From assembly GCA_964016885.1 (NCBI GenBank), contig OZ024743.1:72416001-72480000 (forward strand): 64,000 bases of DNA. Direction: 5' to 3'. The position numbers were made by a program, and so were the translations under genes. The notes under the pieces were generated by a model. The model saw only the letters and a program-made list of their open reading frames with translations. It ran no database searches and was not told where the DNA came from. The first letter of the stretch is position 1. Each line of letters begins with the position of its first letter. Below, in pieces: positions 28,214-43,354 of the stretch. The DNA comes from Eledone cirrhosa (Eukaryota).

Positions 28214-29990
28214 ATGTTGTCCGCCCTTCAATTATCCAAATTTCATGGAGGATTTTAGGTGAGGATAACTTGAAAGAATTTGATATTAGTAGTTATTGGA
28301 AAATAACAAAATTCCTTCGCATGGTGGCGGTAGAGTGAAGGGAATATAATATTTTGAGATATACTTACAATCTCTGAAATTCCAGGAACGAAATTGACCG
28401 ACATTCTTGCTGGGAGAATGAACCATCTGATACATTGATGTTAGATATTCGAGCATTTTAGGATTGTGGTATTATTTTGAACATATGCTTATGTGTAGGA
28501 CGGGTTAATAATCGAATCTAAGCCTTTGATCGTACACATTCTTCTACGATACGTGTTAGATATATAATTAAATCAATTTTCTAATATTAAACCTGTCATC
28601 AAATATTGATTGTTGTTTACAAACCATAGACATTTTTACTCCTCAACCCTGAGATTATCAGTAAATCTGTGTTACGCTCCATAAAATTCCACTCCTCTGT
28701 TTAAAGCACACAGTAAGTTAGGAGAAAAACAGATCAGTATAGAAACCATTTAATTTCATTGACGTCATTATTGCATCTTTGAAAATAGTGAATATCATAA
28801 GATAAAGTTTGTGTTCAAATAAGAAATAGCAGGAAAAATACACTAGCGCATTTGATTTGAAGTATTGATGCTGGTTAGAACATAATTTCTTATTTTTTTT
28901 TGTGATAGGAATTCGTGATATCACTTCATTTGGGATTATGAACCACATTCGACATTTTTCTTACTTTCATTACATCTACTTTACTTATTATCCGCCCTAA
29001 AATGTTTATGAAATGAGTAACAGTTACGTGGTAGAAGGAAACGCATATCATAACATTAAGAATTGAAAATGCCCAATTATTTCTATCCACACAGCAATAA
29101 TAATGCATTACACAGTACGATATAACATCTAATTATATAATGCTGATATATTTTATCAGTAATATCTAAAACATCACATAGATAAAGAATGAGAAGGTGC
29201 TATTGCTATTAGGGTATTTTCAGTATACTCTGATCTTCAGCTCTTTAAAATAGCCATGATACTGTTTTCTACGATTCACTACATTTTCTGCTTCCTAATG
29301 AAATATACTGCAGCTCAGAAATTCTACATATTTGTTGCAGAAACATTCTTAGAGAAATTTTGATGTGAATTATAAAAATACCCAGCCTAATGTAGATACT
29401 TTCCTTTTTTAATTTATCTATTAGTACACAGGAAGTTACTGTATAGAGTTAATTTAAAATGAAATAACTAATAATTTCTTCACGCAGAAGAAACTATTGG
29501 AGTGTAAATTGGAGTGTAAATAAACCAAGTATAGGACAGGGCTATGGGATAAAGTGAGCTAGAAGTTAAAAAAGAATGAATGGAAGAGTGAGAGAGAAAG
29601 AGAGAGAGAGAGAGAGGGAGAGAGAGAGAGAGAGAAGAAGAAAAGGGGGTAAATAAAGGGAAAACAATGGAGAAGAATTGAAGATAGAATACAAAAAGAA
29701 ATAAAACAATCAAACCAAGAAACTCAGTATGACGTGGGGGAATATTTATGACTCCAAACAATATATTATGTAAATAATAGGTACGTTAGGTGTACATATA
29801 GTAGTTTATGATTCCATGTGTGTATATGTCTGGAGCTGAAATAAATCATATACTAATGCAATATCTATAAATATAAATATCATTACGTAACGCAAGGCAT
29901 ATTGAAGTTTATATTAAAGTTTAAGTATATATTAAAAGAAAATATTGTATACAATCACAAACGAGCACGCACGCGCATCCTCACATAATA
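28214..29990 (+). repeat. Local duplication, copy B
   Basis: Aligns with 25816-27600. Confidence 0.95.
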
Positions 29991-30006
29991 TATATATATA
30001 TGTATG

Positions 30007-30265
<259 letters not shown>

Positions 30266-30269
30266 TTAT

Positions 30270-30770
30270 TTATTAAAATAACAGATTAAAGTTTAAGCAA
30301 AGAATCGCTGCTTTCACCCTTAACGGGATCTTCTGAAACTAACAAAGTCAATCTGTAAACACAGAAGTGGATATTTAAAAAAACGTTGCAATCGGAGGAA
30401 GACAGGAAGACGATACTTTGGTTCGTGGAAACGTTCGCTGGCAAAGAACGGGAAAAACGAATATAATACGTCATTAATAGGAGCGGTGAAAAACAATTAC
30501 GCGCAAAGACAGAACCACGTTTATGGTATAAAAGAGGTCGTAGACTAATGTTCTCTTAGGTGGTTCATAGAGACGTTCTCTGGCAATGAACGAAAAAAAT
30601 GAAGATAATACGTCATATGTGGAGCGTGGAGAACAATAGCACGCAAAGACAAAACCACAAAAATGGTATAGCAGAAGTCGTAGACTAAAATTCTAACTTG
30701 GAGACCGAATGAATCTCCGCTACAGAGTTAAGAACAAAGTAAATAAATACAATACAGAAGTAATATTAAC
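30270..30770 (-). mobile_element. pLTR-like repeat with CAGAAGA-core HHR and ~140-bp internal tandem duplication
   Basis: Homologous to 31700-32040 and 59220-59368; abuts (TA)n. Confidence 0.6.
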
Positions 30771-31148
30771 TTTTTCAAATTTCATTTGAAAAGGAAAATC
30801 AGGGTAGAGAGGGAAGTGCTCTCTTCCCAGCATTTTGTTGAAAGATGGGTGAGAGAAGCAAGTATGGCCCGAGTGAATGGGCCTACTCTGAGTATGTGTC
30901 TGTAAATTAAAGGTGGAAAACTGGGAGAAGGCACTTTCCCTGGTGGTCAGGGTCACTGTGGTCTTTTAATGGGCTTTCTCCACAAATGTCCCTCGGAAGT
31001 CTCCTCCCTATTGGGGAATTTTTCTTTGTTATTTTATTACATCCTCTGTTTTTTTTACACGCAGAAATGCCCATTTGTACCGTCCTGTATTGTCCTGTAC
31101 TGCCCTTAATGTCTACTTTATGTAAACCCTTGTGGTTAATAAAGAAAA

Positions 31149-31205
<57 letters not shown>
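30770..31205 (+). mobile_element. L1/Tx1-like LINE 3' end with (TTA)n tail
   Basis: FKFHLKRKIRVEREVLSSQHFVERW..stop, 3' UTR, AATAAA, (TTA)n. Confidence 0.6.
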
Positions 31206-31207
<2 letters not shown>

Positions 31208-31282
31208 TTACTATATATATATATAAGTAGTGCTATAGTTCCGTATAAACATATATATATATATATATATATACATATATAT

Positions 31283-31345
<63 letters not shown>

Positions 31346-31348
<3 letters not shown>

Positions 31349-31585
31349 CGTTTTTGAATTTGTTTAGCAAGATTCTTTATCTGAAATCGTGTGTTGAAAC
31401 CGATATTGTTATACATTGGGAGGGTCATGACAATATATAAACAACTATCTGGTTGTGGAACCAACCAACCAACCAGAAATTTATAGATTTATAAATTCCT
31501 AAATTTATAAATTTATTATAATAAATTGAAGTGAACGCAACTGGTGCGTGTGTTTCTTATTGGCAACATGACCCTCCCAAAGTAT

Positions 31586-31592
<7 letters not shown>
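31346..31592. mobile_element. Fold-back pLTR insertion (family of 35102-35603)
   Basis: Inverted tail joined to a direct segment starting TGACAATATATA at 31428; (TA)n on both sides. Confidence 0.75.
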
Positions 31593-31684
<92 letters not shown>

Positions 31685-31699
31685 CTTCTCTCTATATAT

Positions 31700-32040
31700 A
31701 TATTTAAATAACAGGTGAAAGTTTCAGCAAAGAATCGCTGCTGTCACCCTTAGCGCAATCTTCTGAAACTAAAAAAATCAATCTGTGAACGCAGAAGTAA
31801 ATATTTCGAAAAACGTTGCAACCGAAGGAAGACAGGAAGACGATACTTTGTTTCGTGGAAAGGTTCCCTGGCAAAGAATGGAAAAAAACGAAGATAATAC
31901 GTCATTATTTGGTCCGATGAGAACAATTACACGCAAAGACAAAACCACGTTTATTGTATAACTGAAGTCGTAGACTAAAATTCTATATAGGAAACCGAAT
32001 GATTCTCGGCTTCAGAGTTAAGAATAATGTAAATAAATTA
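31700..32040 (-). mobile_element. Diverged copy of 30270-30770
   Basis: Direct sequence homology. Confidence 0.7.
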
Positions 32041-32369
32041 CATAGGTAATTGAAATTAAATATATACATGCATGCATCCATATACGTACATACACATGCA
32101 AACGCGAAAACACCCGCCATGGGTGTACTAAAACAAGCACGTACACAACAAAAACACGCAGGCACATACAGGACCCACGCAACGTCTGTACCCACGCACA
32201 TACGAACGTATACACCAAATACACATACAAATACACATAAAAATATATTCATCAGGTGGCTAATTTGACATTTTGACGCTATTTTAATGAGATATAAATG
32301 TTAATAACCTAAAAGTAAACAGAAACATAGACAATCGTGCTCAAGCACGTGCCCGTACACAGATATGAC

Positions 32370-32423
<54 letters not shown>

Positions 32424-32654
32424 ATAAGAGATATTTAATTTGTTGGATATCCAACAAATATAGATGTTTAGAACTGATTCAAAGCATTTGACATATTCCT
32501 GGAGTAAGTATTTAATTGATATTTAATTGTAAATTGTGTATTGAAGAAATTTCTCACATAATTAATTGTAAAAACTCTATTAATCTTAGAACAGAATTAT
32601 TTAGTTGTTGCAAACATCGCCAAATTTCTACATTCAGAACTATATGTAAATTAT

Positions 32655-32842
32655 AATTGTTTCTACTTTAGGCACAAGGCCATCAATTATATCAGTGCAT
32701 TACTGTTACTTTATTTTATCGACCCCGTAAGGATGAAAGGCAAAGTTAACCTCGGCGGGATTTGAACTCAGATCATATAGGGACGTAACTATGCTGGAAA
32801 GCATGGCGTCCGACACTCTACCGATACTGCCAATCCACAGCC
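32655..32842 (-). mobile_element. Full-length SINE with 15-bp TSD, nested in a PLE
   Basis: CTATATGTAAATTAT at 32640-32654 and 32843-32857. Confidence 0.9.
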
Positions 32843-34206
32843 CTATATGTAAATTATCATATATTTATAATATTCCTATTAATTTCCAAAATGATCTCAT
32901 CTGTTCTAACATTTTATATTTTTAATACTTTAATATATTAATATCTCTAAATCATAATATCTTAAAACATTCTTATAATATATATATATATGTGTATGCA
33001 TAGATATTTATCAATATATATTTATGTACTTCTACATTATGTACTTCTATACAATTCTAATTTTAATTTTAATTTTAACTCTTTTAAATTCTTTAATTCG
33101 TTTTTCTTAATTTTTTATTCTTCTAATGACACCTTCTAAAGCTAATTTTTAAATGTAGATTAATAACCATTAACAGTTTTTAGTAAAATATATCCTATTC
33201 AGGATGGTTTTTAATTATTCATATTTCTTTAGAATAAATATTTAATCACACACTAGCGATTAATAAAAAAAAATTGGAGTTATCTTTCTTTCTTTCAATC
33301 CTAAAAACTTGTTATACATAACTCCGTTAATTTAACATTATAAATTGTAACTACCTATTTAACATTATAAATTGTAACTACCTATTTATATACATAAAAT
33401 CATCATCTCTAGAAACCTATATTAGGAACAAGCACCTATTTATTTTACTTATTTATAAATCAACATCCCGCGGAACTCATATTTTAAACAAACTATCCTT
33501 TTAAAAAAACACATACGCTATTATTAAAATACATATATAGATATTTATATATTATTATAATAAGATAAATAATTCTCCATATAAATATAGATAAATGTCT
33601 GAATATATTCTCCCTAAATTAACGTTCAAGTGGTCTTCCTTTTCCTTTTCCTTTCTTCTTTAACAATTTTAGTTTGATAATTTATATAGCTTCGTTAAAT
33701 TAACAATACCCTGAAAACATTTTCAATTTTGAACATTTTTGAATAAACAAATTATTCTAATCTCACAACTTGAAAATAACATTTTCAACATCCTACGTAA
33801 CTCATATTTGTTTATATAAACAATCAATGCATACGCAAATAATTAATATACATAGAGATATTTATATTCATATAACTTATCCTAATGTAATAAGATAAAA
33901 AATATTCACAACCATAATTCTTCATATAATTTTATAACTCATAATATAGGTAACAAAAATCTTTTCCCCCAAATTAACGTTAGACTTTTCTCTTTCTCTT
34001 CTTTCCTTATCACAAATATTTAAATTTTCCATAGCGTCTAAAATAACGTCTTTTTCAGCCCTTTAATATACACATCATTTGCATAATCATATTAATAATT
34101 TTAAATATGAGACTTTTTCTCCTCTCTAACCTTCATTTTCCAGGGATAACTTGAACCATTAAGGTATATCATCCTTAGTCATGTCAAATATTTATAAAAC
34201 ATTTTG

Positions 34207-34268
34207 TATTTTATCTGATGATAGCGTACCAAAGTGTTTGGTACCCTTGAAATATATATAATAGAATA
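34207..34268 (+). ncRNA. Type I hammerhead ribozyme
   Basis: 8-bp stem I TATTTTAT/ATAGAATA; CTGATGA 34215-34221; GTACCAAA/TTTGGTAC; GAAA 34249-34252; palindromic TATATA-TA. Confidence 0.8.
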
Positions 34269-34311
34269 AATATGGTTTTATAAATATAGCGTCCATTTAT
34301 TTAATATCAAT

Positions 34312-34350
<39 letters not shown>

Positions 34351-34681
34351 TTCATACCTATATATGAGTTATATATAATTATAAATATGGAGGATAGTAC
34401 TGAGCACTAGCCGGTTAATATGCTCAATATTTCACTTTTCACCATTGCTCCTTATACTGTGATATCTGTAACATAACATCTTTTTATAACACCTGCTTTT
34501 CTATATGATGTCACTGACACTGTAAATAGTTATTATTCTTTATGAATGTTCTGAAGGCTAGAATTGTAACTACGTCTTTAAACATTGTGTATGTTCCGAA
34601 GAATCCAGACATCCCTCTAGCTAGAAGAAACAATAGTCAGCAATTAAATGTATTAAATTAAAATTTGATTGTTTTATATTT

Positions 34682-35105
<424 letters not shown>

Positions 35106-35321
35106 CGTTTCTGAATTTGTTTAGCAAGATCCTTTATCTGAAATCGTGTGTTGAAACCGATATTGTTATACTTTGGGAGGGTCATGTTGCCAATAAGAAA
35201 CACACGCACCAGTTGCTTTCACTTCAATTTATTATAATAAATTTATAAATTTAGGAATTTATAAATCTATACACTTCTGGTTGGTTGGTTGGTTCCACAA
35301 CCAGATAGTTGTTTATATATT

Positions 35322-35364
35322 GTCAAAGTTCTTTCGTCACAATTTCTGTGACCTCATCAGTGAC
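35322..35364 (-). ncRNA. Minimal type I hammerhead ribozyme (inverted copy)
   Basis: TCATCAG at 35354-35360; differs from the + copy only in loop II. Confidence 0.85.
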
Positions 35365-35401
35365 AAAGGAGAGGCACAAAAAACAAAGAAAAGAATCCCC
35401 A

Positions 35402-35444
35402 GTCACTGATGAGGTCACAGAATGTGTGACGAAAGAACTTTGAC
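35402..35444 (+). ncRNA. Minimal type I hammerhead ribozyme
   Basis: GTCA-CTGATGA-G-GTCACA/TGTGAC-GAAAG-AA-CTT-TGAC. Confidence 0.85.
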
Positions 35445-35597
35445 AATATATAAACAAGTATCTGGTTGTGGAACCAACCAACCAACCAGAAATTTATAGA
35501 TTTATAAATTCCTAAATTTATAAATTTATTATAATAAATTGAAGTGAAGCCGCTGGTGCGTGTGTTTCTTATTGGCAACATGACCCTTCCAAAGTAT

Positions 35598-35638
<41 letters not shown>

Positions 35639-35919
35639 TATATGTGTGTTTGTGTGTGTGTGTGTGTATGTGTGTGTTCGTTAGCGTGTATGCGTGCGCG
35701 CGCGTGTGTGTGTGAGAGAGAGAAAGAGAGTGTTATATAACTATTTCTGCAATCACCAGATATTACAATCGTCTAAGGCTTGCTTTGTTATAGGATGATG
35801 AACCTGGACTATTGATATATGTATAAACATTTTTTCGTGAAATTCCAATTTTAAAGAATATTTCCACTCAGGAATACTTTTGTTTTAAATGAATATATAT
35901 ATATATATATATTCATTAA

Positions 35920-37542
35920 TTACCAACAATATGTCATCAACTCAACTGTAAAGGGTCTGACTTTAAGAATTTCCCTACATTTAGTAGAACGAGGCTATCT
36001 TCCACGATTATGCGGGCTATTATAACGAAGCCCTTAATAGGGCCAGTTTCAATAACGAAAATAAATTCATATCAGATGTACGTAAATCACATAAATACGC
36101 ATCATATAAAAAGTTATTTGGACGAAAAATATCCACTGAGCCATGGAACTATTACAAATAATACAGATGCCACGACAAATATATCAACAATACAATTGAA
36201 CAACGAATTAATAATGAAAATTCCAAATTCATGGATTAACCTTTAATACATCAAACAAATAGCTATAGGTTTAACCTATACTCGAGCAACTATAGGAAGA
36301 AGAACAAGCAACTGTGGGAAGAATAAAACTCACACTGTGCATAATTTCTTAGCTGGAACAAACTCCAGTTACGCAACGAGAGAGAAGACCATAATGTTAA
36401 AAATAGTGACCCTTCCAGAATGCCGGCACAACTAGGAGCCAACCCTACCGCTCTCCCGAAACGAACCCACTCAAGAACATATTTCTGATATAACCCTACA
36501 TATGGTACCCAGTCTGAAATAATACCTATCAAGTTTTAAAAGAAATAACAATCTCCCAGAAACTCATTAATCTAGTAAATGTCTTTAATAAAGAAATACT
36601 CAAACTGCCCTAATCCACTTTAACTTTGAAACATTTATCAAAGATCTTGAAACGTAAATGGTTAAATAAATATAAATCAAAACAATCTTTTTCCGCTACA
36701 CTCTGGCTGGTTCAATGGTAACGCACCTCACAATCATATGTCACAACCAATCCTGTATAATAATTTACGCACGTCTGAATCAAATATAACAAACTCAAAC
36801 ACAACTAACTTAAACCCCCACTCCATTAACACCCAAACTTAAATTTAAAATATGAACTGGTAGCAATCAAAATTGGGGAGAAAATATAACTGTAGAGAGC
36901 AAGAAAACTGCCTCCGAGGAAGCAAATGCCTGTATATAGGACAATAGTATATATATATGTGGGGTAAGCTCTGCAAGGGTCACATATAAATATTTCGCTT
37001 CAACAGTAAACAATTTTCAAAAACAGTTCTATGTGAACAGACATTTATGTATAAATAAACCCCGCTTGCGAGAAAAATCTGACAGTAGAAACAAAATAGC
37101 ATTAACTAAAAACACTCATGGTCTATCATATGGTTTGCTAGAAAATCCGATCTCTGTACAGTTGTAGTACTGGCGATTATTAACCGTAAGGATTTAAAAA
37201 ACTACAGACAGGATTTCTAATTGCCTATACTGATCACTAAATGTCTGTTCTGAATACAGGGAATATACTACCTAGGGTGCTAAAGTGTATAAATCCCAAT
37301 TAAATAATCCACTCTAGATGCTATAATAATTATTCCTGTGACTGACAAGAAAAACAACAATTTTTTAGCATTATTTGCTTTGATATTTCTGCTTGTTTTG
37401 TTTTGACTGCATACCAAAATATGGACTATACCCCTTGATAAGTTCAGCAAGATTTCCACTGTTCTAATACAGCTGGCATAGTTCGTATCTAGCTGTCGAA
37501 ACGGCCTGAACTCACAGCCATCGGGGTCCTGACACTTTTCCT
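35920..37542 (+). mobile_element. Highly decayed Naiad-like PLE ending in a 'GGGGTC'-family pLTR
   Basis: Remnants YVNH, F*YNPTY, NCREQENCLRGSKCL; decayed HHR ACCCC-TTGATAA..GAAACGGC..TC-GGGGT at 37430-37527. Confidence 0.55.
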
Positions 37543-37974
37543 ATATATGTATATATATGTATATATATATCACCTCCCCAATTTCTCTATTACCCCGTCC
37601 ATTACCACACCCCTTGATTCCTATTGCTTTGTCTTTGCTCATAGCTTCGTACTTACATGCACACACACACTACTTTACTCACATATACACACACATATTT
37701 CATCTTAGCTACGTACGGACCTATAATATCACACACACACAAACTCATGCTTACGCAAATTGCTCAAGTATAACTCTTTTACATAAAGATTTTTTTCCAT
37801 TTAAGGTAGAGGCACGCCATCATCCATTTTATAAATAACAAATCATACACAAAACGCCAGCACCAACAGTTTTGCAAGTGATATCAACATGAAAGGACCT
37901 ATTATTTTTATTTAAAGACAACTTTTCCAATTCCATCCCGCCCGTCCCCTTAATGTATTTTATTTCTCATTCTT

Positions 37975-38010
37975 TCTTCTGATGAAGGACTAGCGTCCGA
38001 AACGTTAAGA
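37975..38010 (+). ncRNA. Minimal type I hammerhead ribozyme
   Basis: TCTT-CTGATGA-A-GGAC tagc GTCC-GAAACGTT-AAGA; stem III is the palindrome AACGTT. Lies in pLTR 37920-38095, homologous to 60870-61045. Confidence 0.85.
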
Positions 38011-38117
38011 CCCTCTTCCTGCTATATCAAGCGTTAATCTAATATATACCATCCATATACTGTACCGAATGTGTTGTTATTTCTGTTTACCTTTTATATA
38101 TATATATATATATATGA

Positions 38118-38385
38118 AGTATGTATAGTATAATGGGCAATATACCGTATGTTAAATTAAAAACATTTAGAAGAGCATACGTTATCAGCGTCAAAGTAGT
38201 GACTATGTCACTTACTTATTTTCGGTGGAAGTAGGGGAAAATAAGTAAGTGACATAGTCACTACTTTAAAACTGTTAGCGTACGGTCTTCTAAATGTTTT
38301 TAATTATACATACGGTATATTGACAAATATACTATACATACATTTATTGATACATCGCTATTGCAGAGCACCCATCCTAATACTA
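38118..38385. repeat. Fold-back (inverted) pLTR-like insertion
   Basis: ~105-bp inverted arms around 38224-38236, plus an unpaired 3' tail; between (TA)n. Confidence 0.75.
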
Positions 38386-38406
38386 TATATATATATATAT
38401 ATATAC

Positions 38407-38800
38407 TTATTAATAAAAGGAATTCTAACTTTGTCTGATTTACTTGTTTTATTTACAATCCTTTAAAATTTATAATGGTATTAGATTGAAATAGTATGAT
38501 AGTATATTAAATGTTAAGTGTTAATTGAACAAGTACTTTAATGCTTTCGGAATCTTCAGGTTCATAATGTGTGGCGACAGTCAAGTTTGTAATTTACAAC
38601 ACAGTTTAAAATTGCAAACTTGACTGTCAGCACACATTATGAACCTGAAGATTGCGAAGGCAACACTTAACATTTAATATTCTACCATACTGTTTCATTC
38701 TAATACCATTATAAATTTTAAAGAATTGTAAATAAAACGAGTAAATCAGACAAAGTTGGAATTCCTTTTATTAATATAATCTTCTATACACAATCATACA
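38407..38800. mobile_element. Fold-back pLTR insertion of the 43880-44072 family
   Basis: ~185-bp inverted arms; intact HHR on - at 38526-38564, deleted version on +. Confidence 0.8.
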
Positions 38801-39452
38801 CACCCGTGTATATTTATCTATCTCTATATATATACACCTATATATATATATACACCTCTATGCTAAGGTATTTATGTAAGCCTTTACCACCACTGTCAAA
38901 TTTCTCAATATTTCGTCTAATATAATTTATACAACATCATCTATAAATGAAATATTGTATCAAAAATGTCAGATAAGTGTACAGAATATTTACAATATCA
39001 TGTGTCAGAGACATGTGTCTATACAACAAAAGATATGCATGAAGAGAACGTAATCCATATTAGATTAAAAACTCTTTCGAAAGTGCTTATTTTGTGTCAG
39101 TAGGAAATTACTTTATACGTGAAGCAATTTTCTCTTGTACCTTTGCTATTGGCATAAAAATGTGAACACTTAAGTTCAGTATAAACTCATTTCAATAAGT
39201 GGCATCTTGGAGAAAAATCAAAGCCGTTATCTCAAAATATTAAAAACATCATTACGGTTAAGATATTTTTGTAAGAAGTATTTAGCAACAAGTCTTAAAA
39301 TGTATTCAAACTTTAATAGTATGCATTCTATCAAAAATAGAACTTATATAAATGTATATAGAGCAGAATATACACATTAAATAGAAAGACATATTGACAC
39401 TCTACTTGCTAATTTGCATATATATATGTGTGTGTGTGTGTGCGTATATATA

Positions 39453-39549
<97 letters not shown>

Positions 39550-39551
39550 TA

Positions 39552-39583
<32 letters not shown>

Positions 39584-39585
39584 TT

Positions 39586-39620
<35 letters not shown>

Positions 39621-39623
39621 ATT

Positions 39624-39718
<95 letters not shown>

Positions 39719-40101
39719 TTAAAATATATGATAAACACGAAATGTGTTTACATTGCAACAGACAAAGTTAGCTATTAATGAAAAAACTAATAAAAGTGAA
39801 TACAATTTGTCTGTCTCGATACAAGTCAATAAAGACAAGATTATATTGGCAACTGCCATGATTCCTGGACATATTTAAATTTCAAAATTCAAACCTGTTC
39901 TGTAGACGAATTTGAACCTCGAAACCCAAATAAGATTCGCAAAGACTTGGGCAACCCAAAATAACAAATCGGGTGATTAACAATTCAACAAGATTTGGGC
40001 GGGAGTCTATATGTGAACACACATATCTGAGGAGCTTCCGATTCCAAAGTCAACAATTAACATAATCGATTTTGTATAGAAACTTACTTCCCTTTTCAAA
40101 T

Positions 40102-40133
<32 letters not shown>

Positions 40134-40154
40134 GGAGAGAGAGAGAGAGAGAGG

Positions 40155-40216
<62 letters not shown>

Positions 40217-40442
40217 TGGGCTGTCTGGTTTGCACAATTCTTTTGGAATGAATAAATTTCCTTTTGGGATTATTCTTACTGAGTGTAGTGTTTCGAATTT
40301 CTGCACCGAAGATCCTGTGTTTTCAAACATGCATTAATACTTATCTATATTATGAAGTATATTTTCTTCCCCACTCATACGCATGTTTAAAGACTGTACC
40401 CCTCTCACTATTTAATGGCATTAGTAATTTATTTCTTGTTAA

Positions 40443-40628
40443 TAATTGTTTCTACGTTAGGCACAAGGCCAGCAATTACCCAGTGTATTACTGGTACTTT
40501 ATTTTATCGACCCCGTAAGGATGACAGGCAAAGTTAACCTCGGCGGGATTTGAACTCAGAATGGCAAGAGCCGTAACTCTATGCGTCATAGCATGGCGTC
40601 CGATCCTCTACCAATACTGCCAATCCTT
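40443..40628 (-). mobile_element. SINE with TSD
   Basis: TTCTTGTTAATAAT on both sides. Confidence 0.85.
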
Positions 40629-41034
40629 CTTGTTAATAATATTCCAGGAATATATTTCTAAGAATATTTATTTCATAAAATATGTTATAAGAAACTATAA
40701 ATTAACGTAATTCAGATGCAGATTAAATCATATATATTAGTTTATGATATTACCCTTCATGAACTTTTCGTTCGATAACTAGCGGAGTAAAATGTTAATA
40801 AATATATATACAATATCATCCATTAGTAATGCACTCATATAAAGAAACAGATGCACACATGTAAATAACCTACAGAGATATACAAAATAGACTCAATGAC
40901 TTTAATATATGTATATATTAGTAACAGAGAACATTGAAGAAATATATATATATATATATATATTTATACGATATATTAACAAATGGAAACTATATTTATA
41001 AAACCATATTTATTTTATTATACATATTTATATA

Positions 41035-41142
<108 letters not shown>

Positions 41143-41179
41143 AATATAAATATATATATAAATATATATATATAAATAT

Positions 41180-41229
<50 letters not shown>

Positions 41230-42492
41230 GTGTGTGTATGTATGTATGTATGTACGTATAACTCTGTTAGAATATTTATTGAATTATCCAATTTTGCATA
41301 CTCGAGCAACTTAAATGAGTATGATATTAATATGAATTTAAGATGCAGAGAAAATCGATACAAATAGCCAAAATATATGATCAACAATGTGAAATATCTA
41401 TTGGCAGATAATATTCATGCAGGGAATTATCTGTAAGTTAAATACCCTAAAAAATGATGCATAAAGAACATTATGTCTTAGAAGATGTATATCTTGCTGT
41501 TCTCTATTTTAATCCATGTTCGCATGGGGTATGTATTGCATTTCAAAACATATCACTAATGCCATTGGATGTCGAAATATATGCTGTGTTTGTTTGAATT
41601 AACTCAAGAGATTTGTTAACAACTGGCAGCATGAAAAATTACTGCGTATTGAATAATTTCTCTTCATTTTTACTCATTCGCTGTATCTTGAATAAGGTTT
41701 ATGCAATTTTCTCTGAGAATGTGACTACATACACTGACTGTTTTTAATGTGATTGTAGTGGGTAATTCCACTCTCGAATTAGGTTTTTTAGATTATCATT
41801 TGATTTTGACTTTTTCTGAACCTCAAATAGTGGAATATTTTGGTGAAGAATGTTGCTTCTTTCTGTATTTCTTGAATTCGGCGTTTTAATGTATAATATA
41901 ATATTAGTTGCCGTCCTCCGGGGAAACGCCTTCTCTATTCTGTCCGCCGGGGCTGTGAGGAGGCCACCAATATGATTGAGTGACTTGTCATTTTATTAGT
42001 CAGATGTTTTTTAGAACCATTGTAAGTAAACCAGCAATAAATTATTAACAAGAGGAAGGCAGCGACAGCAACAAAACAATAACAACGATCCCGCTCTTCG
42101 GTGAAAGAAGGCACTCGAGGCTCAGTAAACAGCCTGGTAGCCCGGATTGGTAGCAGTTTCAACTACCACCACCGTTGTATCAAATTGGAGCAGCTATATC
42201 TGCAAATATTTATCATAGGCACATGTAGTTATAGAGTGTTAAATAATTAGACAACAGTAAATTAAATTTACTCTACTGTTAACTTGGGCAAATATCGACC
42301 AAAATACGTTCATTTGTTTCAAACTAGAGAAAAACAGTATTGATTTTTAATTATTTACAAATAATTTTCATACATTTTCAGCAACGGGGCACGTGAAATA
42401 AAACATATCAACGTTTCAACGTGATATTCTGCAATCCATATTTCGTATTTGCTCTTGGCAACTTTGTCCTAATCACGCTTGTCAACAATAGA

Positions 42493-42846
42493 AATAATTG
42501 TTTCTACTGTGCCACAAGGTCAGACATTATCCCAGTGTATTACTGGTGCTTTATTTTATCGACACCGTAAGGATGAAAGGCAAAATTAACTTCGGCGGGA
42601 TTTGAACTCAGATCATAGAGGGGCGTAACTCTTTGTCAGACCCTCTACCGATACTGCCAATCCACCAGAAATAATTGTTTCTACTTTTGGCACAAGGCCA
42701 GCAATTATCCCAGTGCATTACTGGTAATTTATTTTATCGAACCCCGTAAGGATGAGAGGCAAAGTTAATCTCGGTGGGACTTGAACTCAGACCTTGAAGG
42801 GCCGTAACTCTTTGTCAGACCCTCTACCGATGCTGCCAATCCACCA
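42493..42846 (-). mobile_element. Tandem SINE dimer
   Basis: Two copies sharing an internal deletion; AGAAATAAT present three times at the junctions. Confidence 0.85.
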
Positions 42847-42881
42847 GAAATAATCCTGTCTAACATCCCCACGGCACAGAG

Positions 42882-42982
<101 letters not shown>

Positions 42983-43186
42983 CATGGAATTAGCAAGTAG
43001 CATCGAAACCGGGTAAGTTAAAAAATGTTGATAAATAGTAATGTCTAATTATAAATCAAACTACATAATAACAATGAAGGTTTAGCGTCCGAAACATTCA
43101 AACATTTCTATTATATCAAGCGAAAAGATACTAACATATTTCTCCATTGTTCTGTGGCGTTTGCGTTCTTATTTCTGTTTGCCTTT

Positions 43187-43220
<34 letters not shown>

Positions 43221-43240
43221 CACAATGGCATACATACATA

Positions 43241-43293
<53 letters not shown>

Positions 43294-43354
43294 TATTCAA
43301 AATATTAATAAATGAAGACGTTCACATAATCAAAATATATGTCCTAATATATAT

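Larger units (their letters stand above)
32427..34315 (+). mobile_element. 5'-truncated Naiad-like PLE (GIY-YIG C-terminus + long pLTR)
   Basis: NCKLCIEEISHIINCKNSINLRTELFSCCKHR at ~32525-32620; HHR at 34207-34268; ends at (TA)n. Confidence 0.75.

Noticed and set aside
41905-41975. HDV-like ribozyme (CCTCCTC motif on -)
   Set aside because: Could not build the nested double pseudoknot; looks like a retroposon 3' end.
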